NCBI RefSeq assembly: GCF_001194135.2
Contig: NC_069007.1
Coordinates: 746,551-810,550 of the forward strand
Length of the DNA: 64,000 nt
Origin: Octopus bimaculoides
Taxonomy: Eukaryota
Direction: 5' to 3'
Shown: piece by piece, positions 28,836-40,520 of the stretch
How the letters are laid out: the number at the start of each line of letters is the position of its first letter
Numbering within the stretch: the stretch's first letter is position 1
Program-made: the position numbers and the translations under genes
The notes under the pieces: model-generated
Databases searched by the model: none
Told to the model about the DNA's origin: nothing
The model's input: the letters and a program-made list of their open reading frames with translations, nothing else

Positions 28836-29348
28836 CATGATTTGATCTAAAGGTCAATGCAAAAACAAATATTTAAACAACTATCAAACGCTAGAAATTG
28901 TAGAAACTAGACGATATCCAACGATATTATTTTTATCAATGAAAGAACTGTTTAACTATATTGATTCAGTTTAGACGAAGAAAATTCTTTCTCTTAAATC
29001 TCGCCAGGTATCTCTCTCTCTGTCTCACTGTTGCTGTCCGTCTCTGTCTGAGGCGCGCGCACACACTGACACACAATGTACTACGTGCAAATGTGTGGGT
29101 GTATTTGGTCTCATTTAGATAACAGCTATTTCCACATACACACAAACACACACACACACAAACATGTATATATATATATAACATAAATGATGGTCCATTT
29201 GAAAACTTTCTAAAGTGCTTCGACACAAAAGTTTAGGCCTCAGAGTAACACCTTTTCTGTTACCGGGCACTAAATAGAGAGAGAGGGAGAGGGAAGGGAC
29301 ACTGACATATACATACACGCATACACATCCAGAGTCACGTGCGTGCTA

Positions 29349-29453
<105 letters not shown>

Positions 29454-30660
29454 GTACGTTGAAGGAATTCAGAAATTAATTTTTGCAACTAACAGGTATA
29501 AAATAAAGAAATTGGAACCAATTATAATGAAAGAAAAGATATAAAATAACTATAATTGCAAGCAATCTGCAATTACTTTATAATTACTGCTTTAATTAAT
29601 GAGTTTCATAACGATTTTAGAAAACACTTGGAACGCATTGTAATTAAAGTAAAAAAATAAATTGAAGACAAAACGCTGCGTTTTCTTTTTTCGGCTTCAT
29701 AATTGAAAAACAATTAATTTGCGTCTCTAATATATTTCTTTTATTCCTGTCAGTGTCTTTATTTGAGTGTTGCGTTGGTAAAATTTTTGTAGGTCTTAGC
29801 GAAACAAACAACAATTTTGCTTCGATAATTACACGTATTATATAAATGTTATATGCCCCTAAACAGAACAAGAGCGGTCGTGGAGCGAATAAGTTATATT
29901 AACAGTGACACAATGATCATGTGATCAAACTTTTCTCCTTCTATTATTAAATATAAATATTCTGAAACTTTCATTATTTCTTCGTTGAACTAATCCATTG
30001 GCAAATAATTTGATGCAATCAGCTCACTTCAGCTGGATGATGTCACGTAATTTTCTTCTTCAGTGTTGACAGATTTTTCTTTTATATGAATTAAATACTT
30101 GCTGATGTTTATTGCCTTCGAAAATAATTGTTTATAGGACTGGCAAATCCGTTTTGTTAATTGAAATATTTGTTGTATATTTAATTTGTGTTTGCAGCAT
30201 CTGAATCGCCTTTTTTCTTTCCCCTAATCTTTGATCCTTTGTTTAAAGGACGTAGAGCGATTTCCTAGAAAATTGTATCCAGAGTTCGCTTGATAAGTCA
30301 TCAAATATAATTTCTCTCGTATGGGAGAAGCAATCAGGAGTGTGGTTTTGAATAAGGCTTTGTTCCCATGATATGTGGTTGCGGTATCGATACCCATGCA
30401 TTCAACCATGGAAAGCTGTCCCCAATCTTCTTTTGAATCCGAGAATTTGGGACCCAGCGACGATGTAGGTATAACTGCATCAGTGGAGCAATATCTAATT
30501 TTGGCTGGTAAGGAACACACCTAGTGTCTGGATGTCTTTGGCTGGACCTCCCTGCAGCAACCATTCGGTTCTGGCTTCTACTTCGGGGATATCTTTGTCG
30601 GTTTCACTTGTCACATGGTCCATAAAAAGGGTCAATGATGCCCTACCTCATCTGTCTACA

Positions 30661-30780
30661 CTATTTCGTCCGTCTTTACGTTTTGAGTTTAAATTCCACC
30701 GAGGTCGACTTTGCTTTTCATCGTTTGAGGATCGATAAAATAAGTACAAGTTGAACACTAGGATCGATGTAATCGGCTTA
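30661..30780 (+). mobile_element. SINE family A, core fragment
   Basis: tacgttttgagtttaaattccaccgaggtcgactttgcttttcatcgtttgaggatcgataaaataagtac. Confidence 0.85.
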
Positions 30781-32214
30781 TAATTACTTTACTGTTTGTT
30801 CATTCAGTATTAATCTTTCATGAGTTAAAACATCCCATACTGTTGAAATGATGCTACGATTAACAGAGCATATTTTAGTCCCTTGGTGAAAGAAGGAACC
30901 AGCCTACGACCAATCGTAGTGTGTTTGTGACTGGTAGAACGAGAGTAAGAAATTTATCTCAAACTCTTGACTGCCATCGATACCCACAAAAGAATGGATT
31001 CAACTCCAAGTAGCCACGGGTGTCTAGTTAGTAGTGTGAATTAGGATGACGTATTCAGTCTATTACAGAAACTAGAAAGAGAACAGCCTAGCCGATCAGA
31101 CACTTCTACATAGTTTCTCCTCTACAATATTCTAGTCAGTTTATGATTCAAATTATTAGTAAATCTGAAGTTATGGAAGAAGATATTCGCTCAAAGACAA
31201 ATCTAGAAGATCGTACACAACTTTACACAATTACGAAGCGTATTTCATAGCTATATACTGTTAAGATAGGATGTGGAATACACATATACAAGACTGAACT
31301 CAATAAATTGGAAGCGGATATTTGGTAATAGAGTCCCAGATTTTTTCTCAAGCACTTTCGCACTTAGCTCTGGCAAAGCGGATTCATTTGGTGCTAAGTA
31401 ATAACAATAATACTGCATGGGTTTCCAGAGAATTTATGTTTATAGGGGTTATAGCATGAAGCAAACTTAGAGTCCGCAGGAGCGAATCTAAGAAGTAAAA
31501 TATTAGCAATTCCAGAAATACAGTTTTATAGGCTGAGCATGATTAACTGATACCATTTTGAGGATTCTATTTGTTGATAAAAATCTTTATTTTCGTTGTT
31601 GAAGACAAAAAAAGAAGGGAACTATTGTAGATCGTTTTTATGAACTTATTGTTCTACTCTAGAAATCAGCAGATAACGGATCGAATTTAACAGAGAAAGA
31701 CTTGCTTTATAGAACACACGTACACTACACTACGTATAAAAAGAACGGCAAAACTTCAAACACGTATATTGAATAAAATGATTACAAGAACAATGATGAT
31801 GATGATGACGAGGATGATAAACGTTTGAAGTTCAGCCCTTGCTTTTTTTTTCGTTCTTTGCAATATAATGTACGTGCGTTGTATAAAGCAATTCTGTATC
31901 ACATTCAGTTGTCACTTCCATTCTTGTTTCCATTCTTCAAAGAGGAAAGTAAAGTTTTCGTCATTAGCAACCCTCACTCTCCATAAAAAAGAAAATGGCA
32001 TCGTTTAAACAGACCTTGACATTGACAGCGTGATAATGAGCTGGGCCGCCATGGCACATAGAAGTCCATGAGAGTGGTGGAGGTCACTCATCGCTGAAGA
32101 AGGGAATCCAAAGAGAATATTGATTCAAGAAAGTGTCTGTTGTCCTAAAAAGTGAAAGGAATGTTACTAATGGAATTAAGGTTAATGAAATGCCATGGAA
32201 AAATCTTTAGACGA

Positions 32215-32480
32215 GCAACTTCAACACCATCGACTGAAAATTGAACGTCTTTACCGGAGGGGACAAGGTAAGAAAACTCCAGACCTTAGGCATCACAGAT
32301 TACTAGCAGATGTACGTACCAAGAGGTTTAGGAGAACGCGGTTTAATCGGACTTGAAATAAGACAAAAACAATATTGAGCTATGTGTGTATACCTGACAA
32401 AAACAGGTGACCCACTTCTTCGAATTGTCAAATATATATCAACTCCATCAACGAAACATTTATATTACTCTAGAAAGTAT
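32215..32480 (+). mobile_element. R4/Dong-clade LINE fragment (post-RT region), pseudogenised
   Basis: Reads FNTID*KL...DKVRKLQTLGITDY*QMYVPRGLGERGLIGLE, matching the recalled R4/Dong motif DRKTRKLLT...RLYxPRxxGGRGL. Confidence 0.7.
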
Positions 32481-32789
32481 GAAGTTCCAAAAACCAAGCA
32501 ACAAGAAATGGGACAAATATCATTAAAGCAAAATGAGTGAAGCATAAGGCAGAACACATTGGCCAGCTCTAACTTAAGAAAACACGGCAGAATTGAGTAA
32601 AGACCCAGGTATAAACTGAAGATGACGAAGTATCACCGGGGTAAAAGCAGTGACCGAAGAAGTAAAGATAAATGAAGAAAAAAAGGAAACAGAATTTCTC
32701 AATAAGATTCTCTGACCACTGAACCATTAAGTGGAATTAATGCACAATAGAAGATTTATTGAATGCACGAAAAAAAAACTATCGATAAT

Positions 32790-32935
32790 ATTAGAGTAAG
32801 GTTTACTGGGAAGACGCGTGGCTTCCTCGAACGGATGAAAGTAAATGTCGACCAAGATGGATTTTGGTTTGCAAACATAAATGCGGACGAAATGCCTGGC
32901 GTGCTGACAATTCTAGCAGCTCGCCGCCTTAAATG
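32790..32935 (-). mobile_element. SINE family A, degenerate copy
   Basis: ggatgaaagtaaatgtcgacc...gacgaaatgcctggcgtgctgacaattctagcagctcgccgcctt is the reverse complement of the family A head. Confidence 0.7.
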
Positions 32936-32949
32936 ATAATCAGCATCAT

Positions 32950-33095
32950 TATTATTTACTTTCGACGGATATTTGTCCTCATCTTGTTTGTTGTTAAAAC
33001 AATGTTTCGGCTGATAAACCCGCCAACCTTCTTCAGGTGTCTTGGGGAAATTTCGAAACTGCGTTCTCATTCCTAAGGTATTCTTCGATGTTGAC
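32950..33095 (-). mobile_element. Penelope-like element LTR remnant
   Basis: The minus strand carries ctgaagaagg...gccgaaac, the core typical of PLE LTRs; it sits between ATT/AAT microsatellites. Confidence 0.6.
32996..33041 (-). ncRNA. Degenerate minimal type-I hammerhead ribozyme (PLE type)
   Basis: Minus strand: GACAC-CTGAAGA-A-GGTTG(gcgggtttat)CAGCC-GAAAC-ATT-GTTTT. Both core boxes and a 5-bp stem II are present; stem III and stem I each carry a mismatch. Confidence 0.55.
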
Positions 33096-33097
33096 TA

Positions 33098-33136
<39 letters not shown>

Positions 33137-33137
<1 letters not shown>

Positions 33138-33420
33138 GATTTTGGCACAATTCCTGCAATTTTGTGGGAGACGGCGAGTTCATTAGCGCTCACCTGGTAT
33201 GTGTCTAATGGATTCCAAGAGCATGAAAGGCAAACTTGACTTCAACGGAATTTGAACTCCGAATGTACAGAGCCTGAAAAAATTGCCGCTAAGCATATTG
33301 TCTTTGATGTATTCGAGGTCGATAAAATAAAGTACTCCTCAAGTAATATGGTCGATTATATCGAATAGTCACCTCTCACTTGAAAATTCTTGGTTTCATG
33401 CCTAAACCAAAAGCCATTAT
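33137..33420. mobile_element. Two family A SINE copies in head-to-head inverted orientation
   Basis: 33137-33300 on minus (catgaaaggcaaacttgac...ggaatttgaactc); 33301-33420 on plus (gaggtcgataaaataaagtac...tcatgcctaaaccaaaag). Confidence 0.7.
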
Positions 33421-33699
33421 CAATGTTGCTTGCTGTTGTTGATGTTGAATTTTTTGCTGTTACAATGATGATGATAATGGCAGAGACTAGGGTTCGAATT
33501 ATGGCGATGCTGATAATAATGGTGATGATCGTTATTATTGGTGGTGAGGTCGATAATTGATATTGTAATTGCTACTGATTGTCATCATCATCATCGTCAT
33601 TATCATCTTTATCATAATTATTATAAACTCTGTCCACATTCCCCTCCCCCATCCGCACCGTGTGATGCTCTACAAAACAAATTGTTCCATAGAATTCCT

Positions 33700-34340
33700 T
33701 AGTTATTTTGGTAATGTCTGGTTATTATGCGAATTGTAAAGAAACATTGATAGGGCCAGCGGTGGCGGAAGCCTCAATGTTGGCAGTGGTGGTGGTCGTG
33801 GTGATTGTAGTACGAACGGTGGTGGTGGTGTTGGTGGTGGTTCTGCCATAAGCAGTAGTAGCGGTAGTGGCAGTCGTGGTGGTGAGGCTGTGTGGAGGGG
33901 ATTATATTTAGGGATCTTGCTAAGATGGTGGTGGTCGTTATTTTGACAGCTGTATGGGCGGTGGTAGTAACAGTGGTGTAGTGTCTGTTGCGGTGGTGTT
34001 GGCGGGTGTTGTAGTGGTAGCTGTCTTGTGTTAACGATGCTTCTCACAATATTGATGATCGTCTTAGTATTACAGGTGGCGCTGTTGCGATGTTTTTTTT
34101 TTTATTGTTGCTAGTTGTGTTTGTGTTAAATTTGATGGTAATCGTGTTAGTGTTGTTGTTTGTGTTGTTTCGGTAGTAGAAGATGTATTAATGGTGGCGA
34201 TTCTACGTCATTTGTGCTGCTTCTGATGTTGCTGTTGTTATTGATGTTAATAGCAGTTGTGTTAAAGATGGTTGTTGTAGAGTTGCTGACGGTGGCGATG
34301 GTGGTGAAAGTGGTGGTGGAGACGGTGGACGTGTCATTCC
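33700..34340. repeat. GGT/GTT/GTA low-complexity tract
   Basis: Direct reading; explains ORFs 33703-34047 and 34147-34419. Confidence 0.85.
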
Positions 34341-34622
34341 GAGGCATTGCTAATACTTCAATAGTATCGTCTTTCTTTTTATAGACTCTTAAACACTTAA
34401 AACAAGCAATTAATTGCACTTCACACCTTTTCGCCGATTTTTCTTCCTACACACGCCAAACAGCGCCGCGCGCGCACACACTCACACACACACAAACGCA
34501 CTCATCGCATCGAAACGTATATACTCACACACACGCTGATATCCATGCATCCACAAAACATACACTGACAGATATGCAGACCTACTTGACAGACGCATAG
34601 ACACACACAGACGGTCACACGT

Positions 34623-34671
<49 letters not shown>

Positions 34672-35194
34672 TACATTGATACACACAAAGACGGTCACAC
34701 GTACACAAACATGTATATATACACATTGACAGACATCTCCATACACACTCGCACAGATACATAGAGACACACTGACACACGTATAGACACATACTCAGAT
34801 AAGCAAACAGATCTACAGACACACAAACCCATACAGACGCACATCTAACATCACTCACGCTGTCCGACATCACTCACTTTCGTTGTCGTTACTCTTCTTT
34901 CATTTTCTGCTTTTAATCATTTCAATCAGTTTGAATTGAGACGACAACGAATAGGAACGAATAGAGATCGAGTTACACAAACACCAGCTTCCAAACAACA
35001 AAACAAATTCACAGTTGGAATGGTGGTGGTGGTGATAGTGGTGTTACTAGCGTGAACGTCAGCACTTGTAGTTGTAAAGGAATAATGCTTTGAAAGGCAA
35101 GAATACGAGATGAGTGTGGCACCAATTTTTGAAATTAGACTAAAACAATAAACCGAACGAGAACATTAATGATAATAACAATAATAATAATAAT

Positions 35195-35410
35195 AATGAT
35201 TTCAAATTCTTGCACAAGACCTGAAAGTTAGCGTGAAGGGAAAAGACAATTACATCGAACACAGATCAATTGGTATTTAATTTAACGACCCCGAAAGGGT
35301 GAAAGGTAAGATCAACCTCGGTGGCGTTTGGACTCAGAGCGTAAAGACGGTCGAGATGCCCCTAGACATTTTGTCAGGCGTGCGAAAGATTCTGCCAATT
35401 CGATACCTTA
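35195..35410 (-). mobile_element. SINE family A copy
   Basis: gaccccgaaagggtgaaaggtaagatcaacctcggtggcgtttggactcagagcgtaaagacgg; tail gatttcaaattcttgcacaag next to (AAT)n. Confidence 0.85.
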
Positions 35411-35413
35411 ATA

Positions 35414-35722
35414 AAAGAAGAGAAACTAAACCTCCACGACGATTTCAAGTGGGAAATACGACGGTTGAGGGCAATAAGGGGAGTAAACGTGATACCAATA
35501 ATAATTGGCGTTCTTGGAAGTATCAGCACTGAAGTACCAGCCTAGCACAAAAGAGATTGCTACAAATGTAAAGGTAGAACAGCATGGAACTGCAAGAATT
35601 CTTCGCAGGGGTCTTGAAGTATGACAAGTAAAGAAGTGTCACCTTAGTCTGCTGGCTGTGGACAGCTGACACTCCCCATCATACCCAGCAAAATAAGATG
35701 AGAGTTTTCATCAATTAATAAT
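35414..35722 (+). mobile_element. R4/Dong-clade LINE 3' end (RLE C-terminus, 3' UTR, TAA tail)
   Basis: Reads KEEKLNLHDDFKWEIRRLRAIRGVNVIPIIIGVLGSISTEVPA*, then after a frameshift KEIATNVKVEQHGTARILRRGLEV* (TGA 35622-35624). This matches the recalled R4/Dong pattern KYxDLKxEI...VIPIIIGALG...GTARILRxVL. It ends in taataataat. Confidence 0.85.
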
Positions 35723-35937
35723 AATCCTTTCTGTTATAGGCACAAGACATGAAATTTGGGGTGACGGATTCAGTTGATTATATCGACCCCAGTGCGTAAC
35801 TGGTACTTAGTTTATCGACCCCGAAAGGATGGAAGGCAAGGTCGACCCCGGTGGGATTAGAACTCAGAACGTAAAGACGGTCGAAATGCCGCTACGTATT
35901 TTGCCCGGTGTGTTAACTATTCTGCCAGCTCACTGCC

Positions 35938-35940
<3 letters not shown>
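35722..35940 (-). mobile_element. SINE family A, near full-length copy
   Basis: cctttctgttataggcacaag...ctggtacttagtttatcgaccccgaaaggatggaaggcaaggtcgacc...ctgccagctcactgcctt. Confidence 0.9.
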
Positions 35941-35971
<31 letters not shown>

Positions 35972-37862
35972 GACTATGATGCTCGATCATCAGCAACTAC
36001 ATCAGGAATCAATGAGAAGAAATAAGGAAAGCGAAACAATAAAAATATACTAAAACAAAACAAGTGTTGGAGAGAAGAGCAACATAAAAGAAGGCATTGT
36101 TGAGTCAAGAACTGGAAATGATTGAAGGATTGTTGAGCAGAGAGGAACAAAAGAGGATTGTTGCCTTCCAGCTATATTCAAGGCACGATCAAAGAATATT
36201 GTTGAAGATGATATCAATGTTGGGAAGGAAGTTGTTTTCTGTCAGTCAGTTGCACATTTAGCAGCCATCGCAGGAAGGAAAAATAAAAATAAAAAAGACA
36301 CAACTCGAGATGGAACTGGGAAAATAATATGCAGAGAAAATATGGCCATATTTTGTTGTTGCTCGAGGTTTTTGGCTGCTGCTGCTGCACATCATCATCA
36401 TCATCAGCAGCAGCAACATCGACATCAACAATCTCATCACCATCATGAAGACGTTTTCTTTCTCTCTAGATTCTCCTTGAATATTTTTATCACCACAATT
36501 TAGTATCCTCCTCCCCTCCTACTCATTACTGATATTTTCGTTACTATTGTCATTACTATTATTATTGTTATTATTATTCGATTCTCCCTTGTGATTTTGT
36601 ACATTATTTTCACTTTTATAGTTTATTCTTCTCAACACTATTTCACACCAACTTTCTTTCTCTCATTCGTTCCTTCCTCTTTTTTTGGGTGCATCCCTTT
36701 TCTCTTAATTTTCATTCTCTTCTCGTTCCTCTTCCAGACATTACAATAGTCACAACGTTTTCTTATAGAAATTCCCGAAATAACAATGTTTTACCCTTGA
36801 CACCTCATGGGCAACGGAATACCCGCTTTCATGGCAAAGTCTGAACACAAGACAAACACACACATACACAGATTTATTCCAGTCAGCCATAAATTCATAC
36901 GATAAATATATATACTGACAATTGGGATGTAGTTTAGCCATTCAAACGAAACTATAGTATAATGATCTCGCTCGCTGTGGAGCATTTATTACTCCTATTT
37001 GTGTATACATAATATGTGCTTATTGGTGCTCTAAGTGCTTTTTAGCACTCATTTCTAGCAATGTAGATGCTACCCTGCGCCCCCAGTCACAGCTAGTGAC
37101 GTCTGAGTTTTTCCTTTTCCTTTTGCGCCACTTGGTGATCTCATATCAACATAAACTGCGCATTCATATTATTAATATTATTATTATTAGTATCATCATC
37201 ACTGCTTAATTTTAAACAGTTTGTTTGATGTAATTCATCGCCGGACACACCCAGTACCCTAGGAGAAATGAATTTTAAGAGATGTTGAACTATAACTCAA
37301 AGCTTGGCGAGGAGAAGAAATACCTCCATACAATACAACACAAACATTTGAATTGATAGGGTTTTTCTAAGGATTATTGTTTCGTCGTCGTAGTCTTCAT
37401 TATTATTATTATTATTTGATTTTGAATTGATACGACAAAAGCACGAGATTATTGTTGCTGCTGCTGTTGTCGGCATCATCATCATCACTTTATTGTTCCT
37501 CGTAATTACTACTTAGTAAGGCGCAACGAGAAAGTGCACGACGGGCCAGCTGCCAACAATTTCAGAATTGGACAGAGAGCTAGAGTTAATAGAATGAATT
37601 GCCTCCGCATTAAACTGCAGCGCCAACCTGCTTTATATAAATGGCGTGTATGAGAAAGTCAGGATAAAGATTAACACTTGTGCAATTAATTAACAACCAT
37701 ACAATCTGATTAAATACATTGCGGAGTAGATACCGCAATTGAGAACATACAGAGCGTATGCTGGTGGTATATAACACAGATATGCATATATATTTCATAT
37801 ACACGTGTGTATTTATATTAGCGTAGATAAATGTATACGTACGTACAATGTATAAAGTCGTG

Positions 37863-37893
<31 letters not shown>

Positions 37894-38049
37894 TTATATA
37901 AACACACGATTATGTATATATATATATACATACACACACACAGACAGATAAATGTGCATATATACAATTATAAATATGTATCAATATATATGTATATATA
38001 TATATTTAAACACACACACACACACATATATGCAAAGATATATATGTAT

Positions 38050-38111
<62 letters not shown>

Positions 38112-38670
38112 ATGTATATATTTATATGTGTGTGTATGTGTGTCCAATTTTGGACGGTATAAATCCGATGTGTGTGTACATGCACATGCATCTGGTTGAA
38201 ACCAGATATTAATTGATAGGTAGCCACCCGCTTCCAATAGGAATTAGTGTTTATAAGAATCAGAGTTAAGTAAACTCTTGGACTGATATACATTAAAGTA
38301 GAGTGAATGCTGCAATTAGTTTGTGATATAGTAAGATAAATTGATTTAGCATTAAGGATTACAACGCCAGAATGTTGTTATAGTTGTTGGTGTCACTGAT
38401 AATCATGGGGGTGGCTGTGATACTGTTGTATGAGAATACCGGAAGATTAAGCTGATAATTCTAGCAGATGAAATATCTAGCTTGATGCCGGAATATGTTT
38501 ATATACAAGACAGATTGAAAAGATACATATGTTCAAAGAGTCACAAATAAAACACTGTCAATCAACACGCCGTTGTTTTCTTTCGAGGTAAAGTAGCATC
38601 TATGTGAAAGTCTCCTACAGATATTACACAACCCACCCCCAAAAATCAATGAAACGAAGAATTTTAGTGC

Positions 38671-38717
<47 letters not shown>

Positions 38718-38718
38718 C

Positions 38719-38874
38719 GGAGATATACTTGCATAGCAAGCGACCTGATCAGAGATCGTGAGCTGGAACGAAAACAAAAATCCGTGCAGCACGGAATTTT
38801 GTCAGTGAAGAGGTCGCGGTCTCAAAGCGAAGAAAATAATTTGGCAAATTAAATTTGAATGTTGAAGGGAATCT
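38719..38874. mobile_element. Internally deleted palindromic (MITE-like) repeat
   Basis: Contains the palindrome tccgtgc-a-gcacgga flanked by aaaa/tttt at 38777-38800. The surrounding sequence resembles a fold-back repeat recalled from octopus DNA (unverified). Confidence 0.45.
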
Positions 38875-39170
38875 AGCAGCTTCCATTGCCCCTTTCGAAT
38901 TCACACAGCATGCAGGTTTGATCCAAACTCATTTTGAAAATTGTATTCAAATTGCTGCAGAAAAAGACAAGGTGAACGACTACCCAGTAAAAAATGTTTG
39001 TTTTACCGTAAGTATTGAAAAAGATGACAAAAATGCGACAGGTCTTCTTTCGAACCTGGTTTACACACACACATGCGTGTGTGTGCGCGTATTTATATGA
39101 GGCCTTATATATCAAATTATGTTACGGGGGTTTCGTAGATATGAACTGTCTGTAATGCATCGTATTTATA

Positions 39171-39572
39171 TTGAAATTCATGTACAAGTGTATTTTTGGG
39201 GTCAGGAAGATGATGGGTTGGGAATAGAAAAGATCGAATAGGAAATAATCAGTGTAACTTCGTTTCTTAAAGAAGGAGCTTTTTAAGTATAGATACGTCC
39301 AACTGTCGATATTCCATGCAACGGAAAGGAAAACGGAAATCCGTGATTGAAAACCAAACGTTTGAACCACTACCGCGTGTGTACACACGCACACACATTA
39401 TGTCTTGCAAAATAGGACAACCCCTACTAGAATCATCTGTAGAATAAACGACAACAGTAACTGCAGAAGCTTGATTTGTGTAAAGGAATAAGAAATAGAA
39501 AACTGGAATTTATGTAGGAGCGTATTTTTGGGGTCAGTAAGGATGATGGGTTGGGAATAGGATAGATCGAAA
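39171..39572 (+). repeat. Pair of ~70-bp imperfect direct repeats about 330 bp apart
   Basis: gtatttttggggtcaggaagatgatgggttgggaatagaaaagatcgaa from 39190 versus gtatttttggggtcagtaaggatgatgggttgggaataggatagatcgaa from 39522. Confidence 0.9.
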
Positions 39573-39648
39573 GTGGTGAAGAGGTGGACAGAAAGAATTG
39601 GATTGAAGAGAAAGCGAGAGAGAGGGAGAGAAAGAGACAGTGACATTA

Positions 39649-39766
39649 GAGAGGGGAAGAGTGAGGGAGGTAGAGAGAGAGAGAGGGGAAGAGTGAGGGA
39701 GGTAGAGAGAGGGGAAGAGTGAGGGAGGTAGAGAGAGAGAGAGGGGAAGAGTGAGGGAGGTAGAGA
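39649..39766. repeat. Purine-rich minisatellite, unit ggggaagagtgagggaggta(ga)n
   Basis: Four visible units running into a gap. Confidence 0.9.
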
Positions 39767-40303
39767 NNNNNNNNNNNNNNNNNNNNNNNNNNNNNNNNNN
39801 NNNNNNNNNNNNNNNNNNNNNNNNNNNNNNNNNNNNNNNNNNNNNNNNNNNNNNNNNNNNNNNNNNNNNNNNNNNNNNNNNNNNNNNNNNNNNNNNNNNN
39901 NNNNNNNNNNNNNNNNNNNNNNNNNNNNNNNNNNNNNNNNNNNNNNNNNNNNNNNNNNNNNNNNNNNNNNNNNNNNNNNNNNNNNNNNNNNNNNNNNNNN
40001 NNNNNNNNNNNNNNNNNNNNNNNNNNNNNNNNNNNNNNNNNNNNNNNNNNNNNNNNNNNNNNNNNNNNNNNNNNNNNNNNNNNNNNNNNNNNNNNNNNNN
40101 NNNNNNNNNNNNNNNNNNNNNNNNNNNNNNNNNNNNNNNNNNNNNNNNNNNNNNNNNNNNNNNNNNNNNNNNNNNNNNNNNNNNNNNNNNNNNNNNNNNN
40201 NNNNNNNNNNNNNNNNNNNNNNNNNNNNNNNNNNNNNNNNNNNNNNNNNNNNNNNNNNNNNNNNNNNNNNNNNNNNNNNNNNNNNNNNNNNNNNNNNNNN
40301 NNN

Positions 40304-40378
<75 letters not shown>

Positions 40379-40484
40379 TTAATGGATCTTTCATCTGTCC
40401 ACGGTGATTACTGAAGACATATTGTAAACGATACGAACTTGGCACATCGACAGCAGAGTCCAGACATCGTGGCTTTCAACCCCA

Positions 40485-40519
<35 letters not shown>

Positions 40520-40520
<1 letters not shown>

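Noticed and set aside
30224-30660. 98-aa and 76-aa minus-strand ORFs in GC-richer sequence
   Set aside because: No recognisable motif in any frame. Probably decayed TE DNA; family unassignable.
38855-39100. 81-aa ORF MNVEGNLAASIAPFEF...
   Set aside because: It begins inside a repeat remnant, ends in a CA repeat and has no recognisable homology or splice context.
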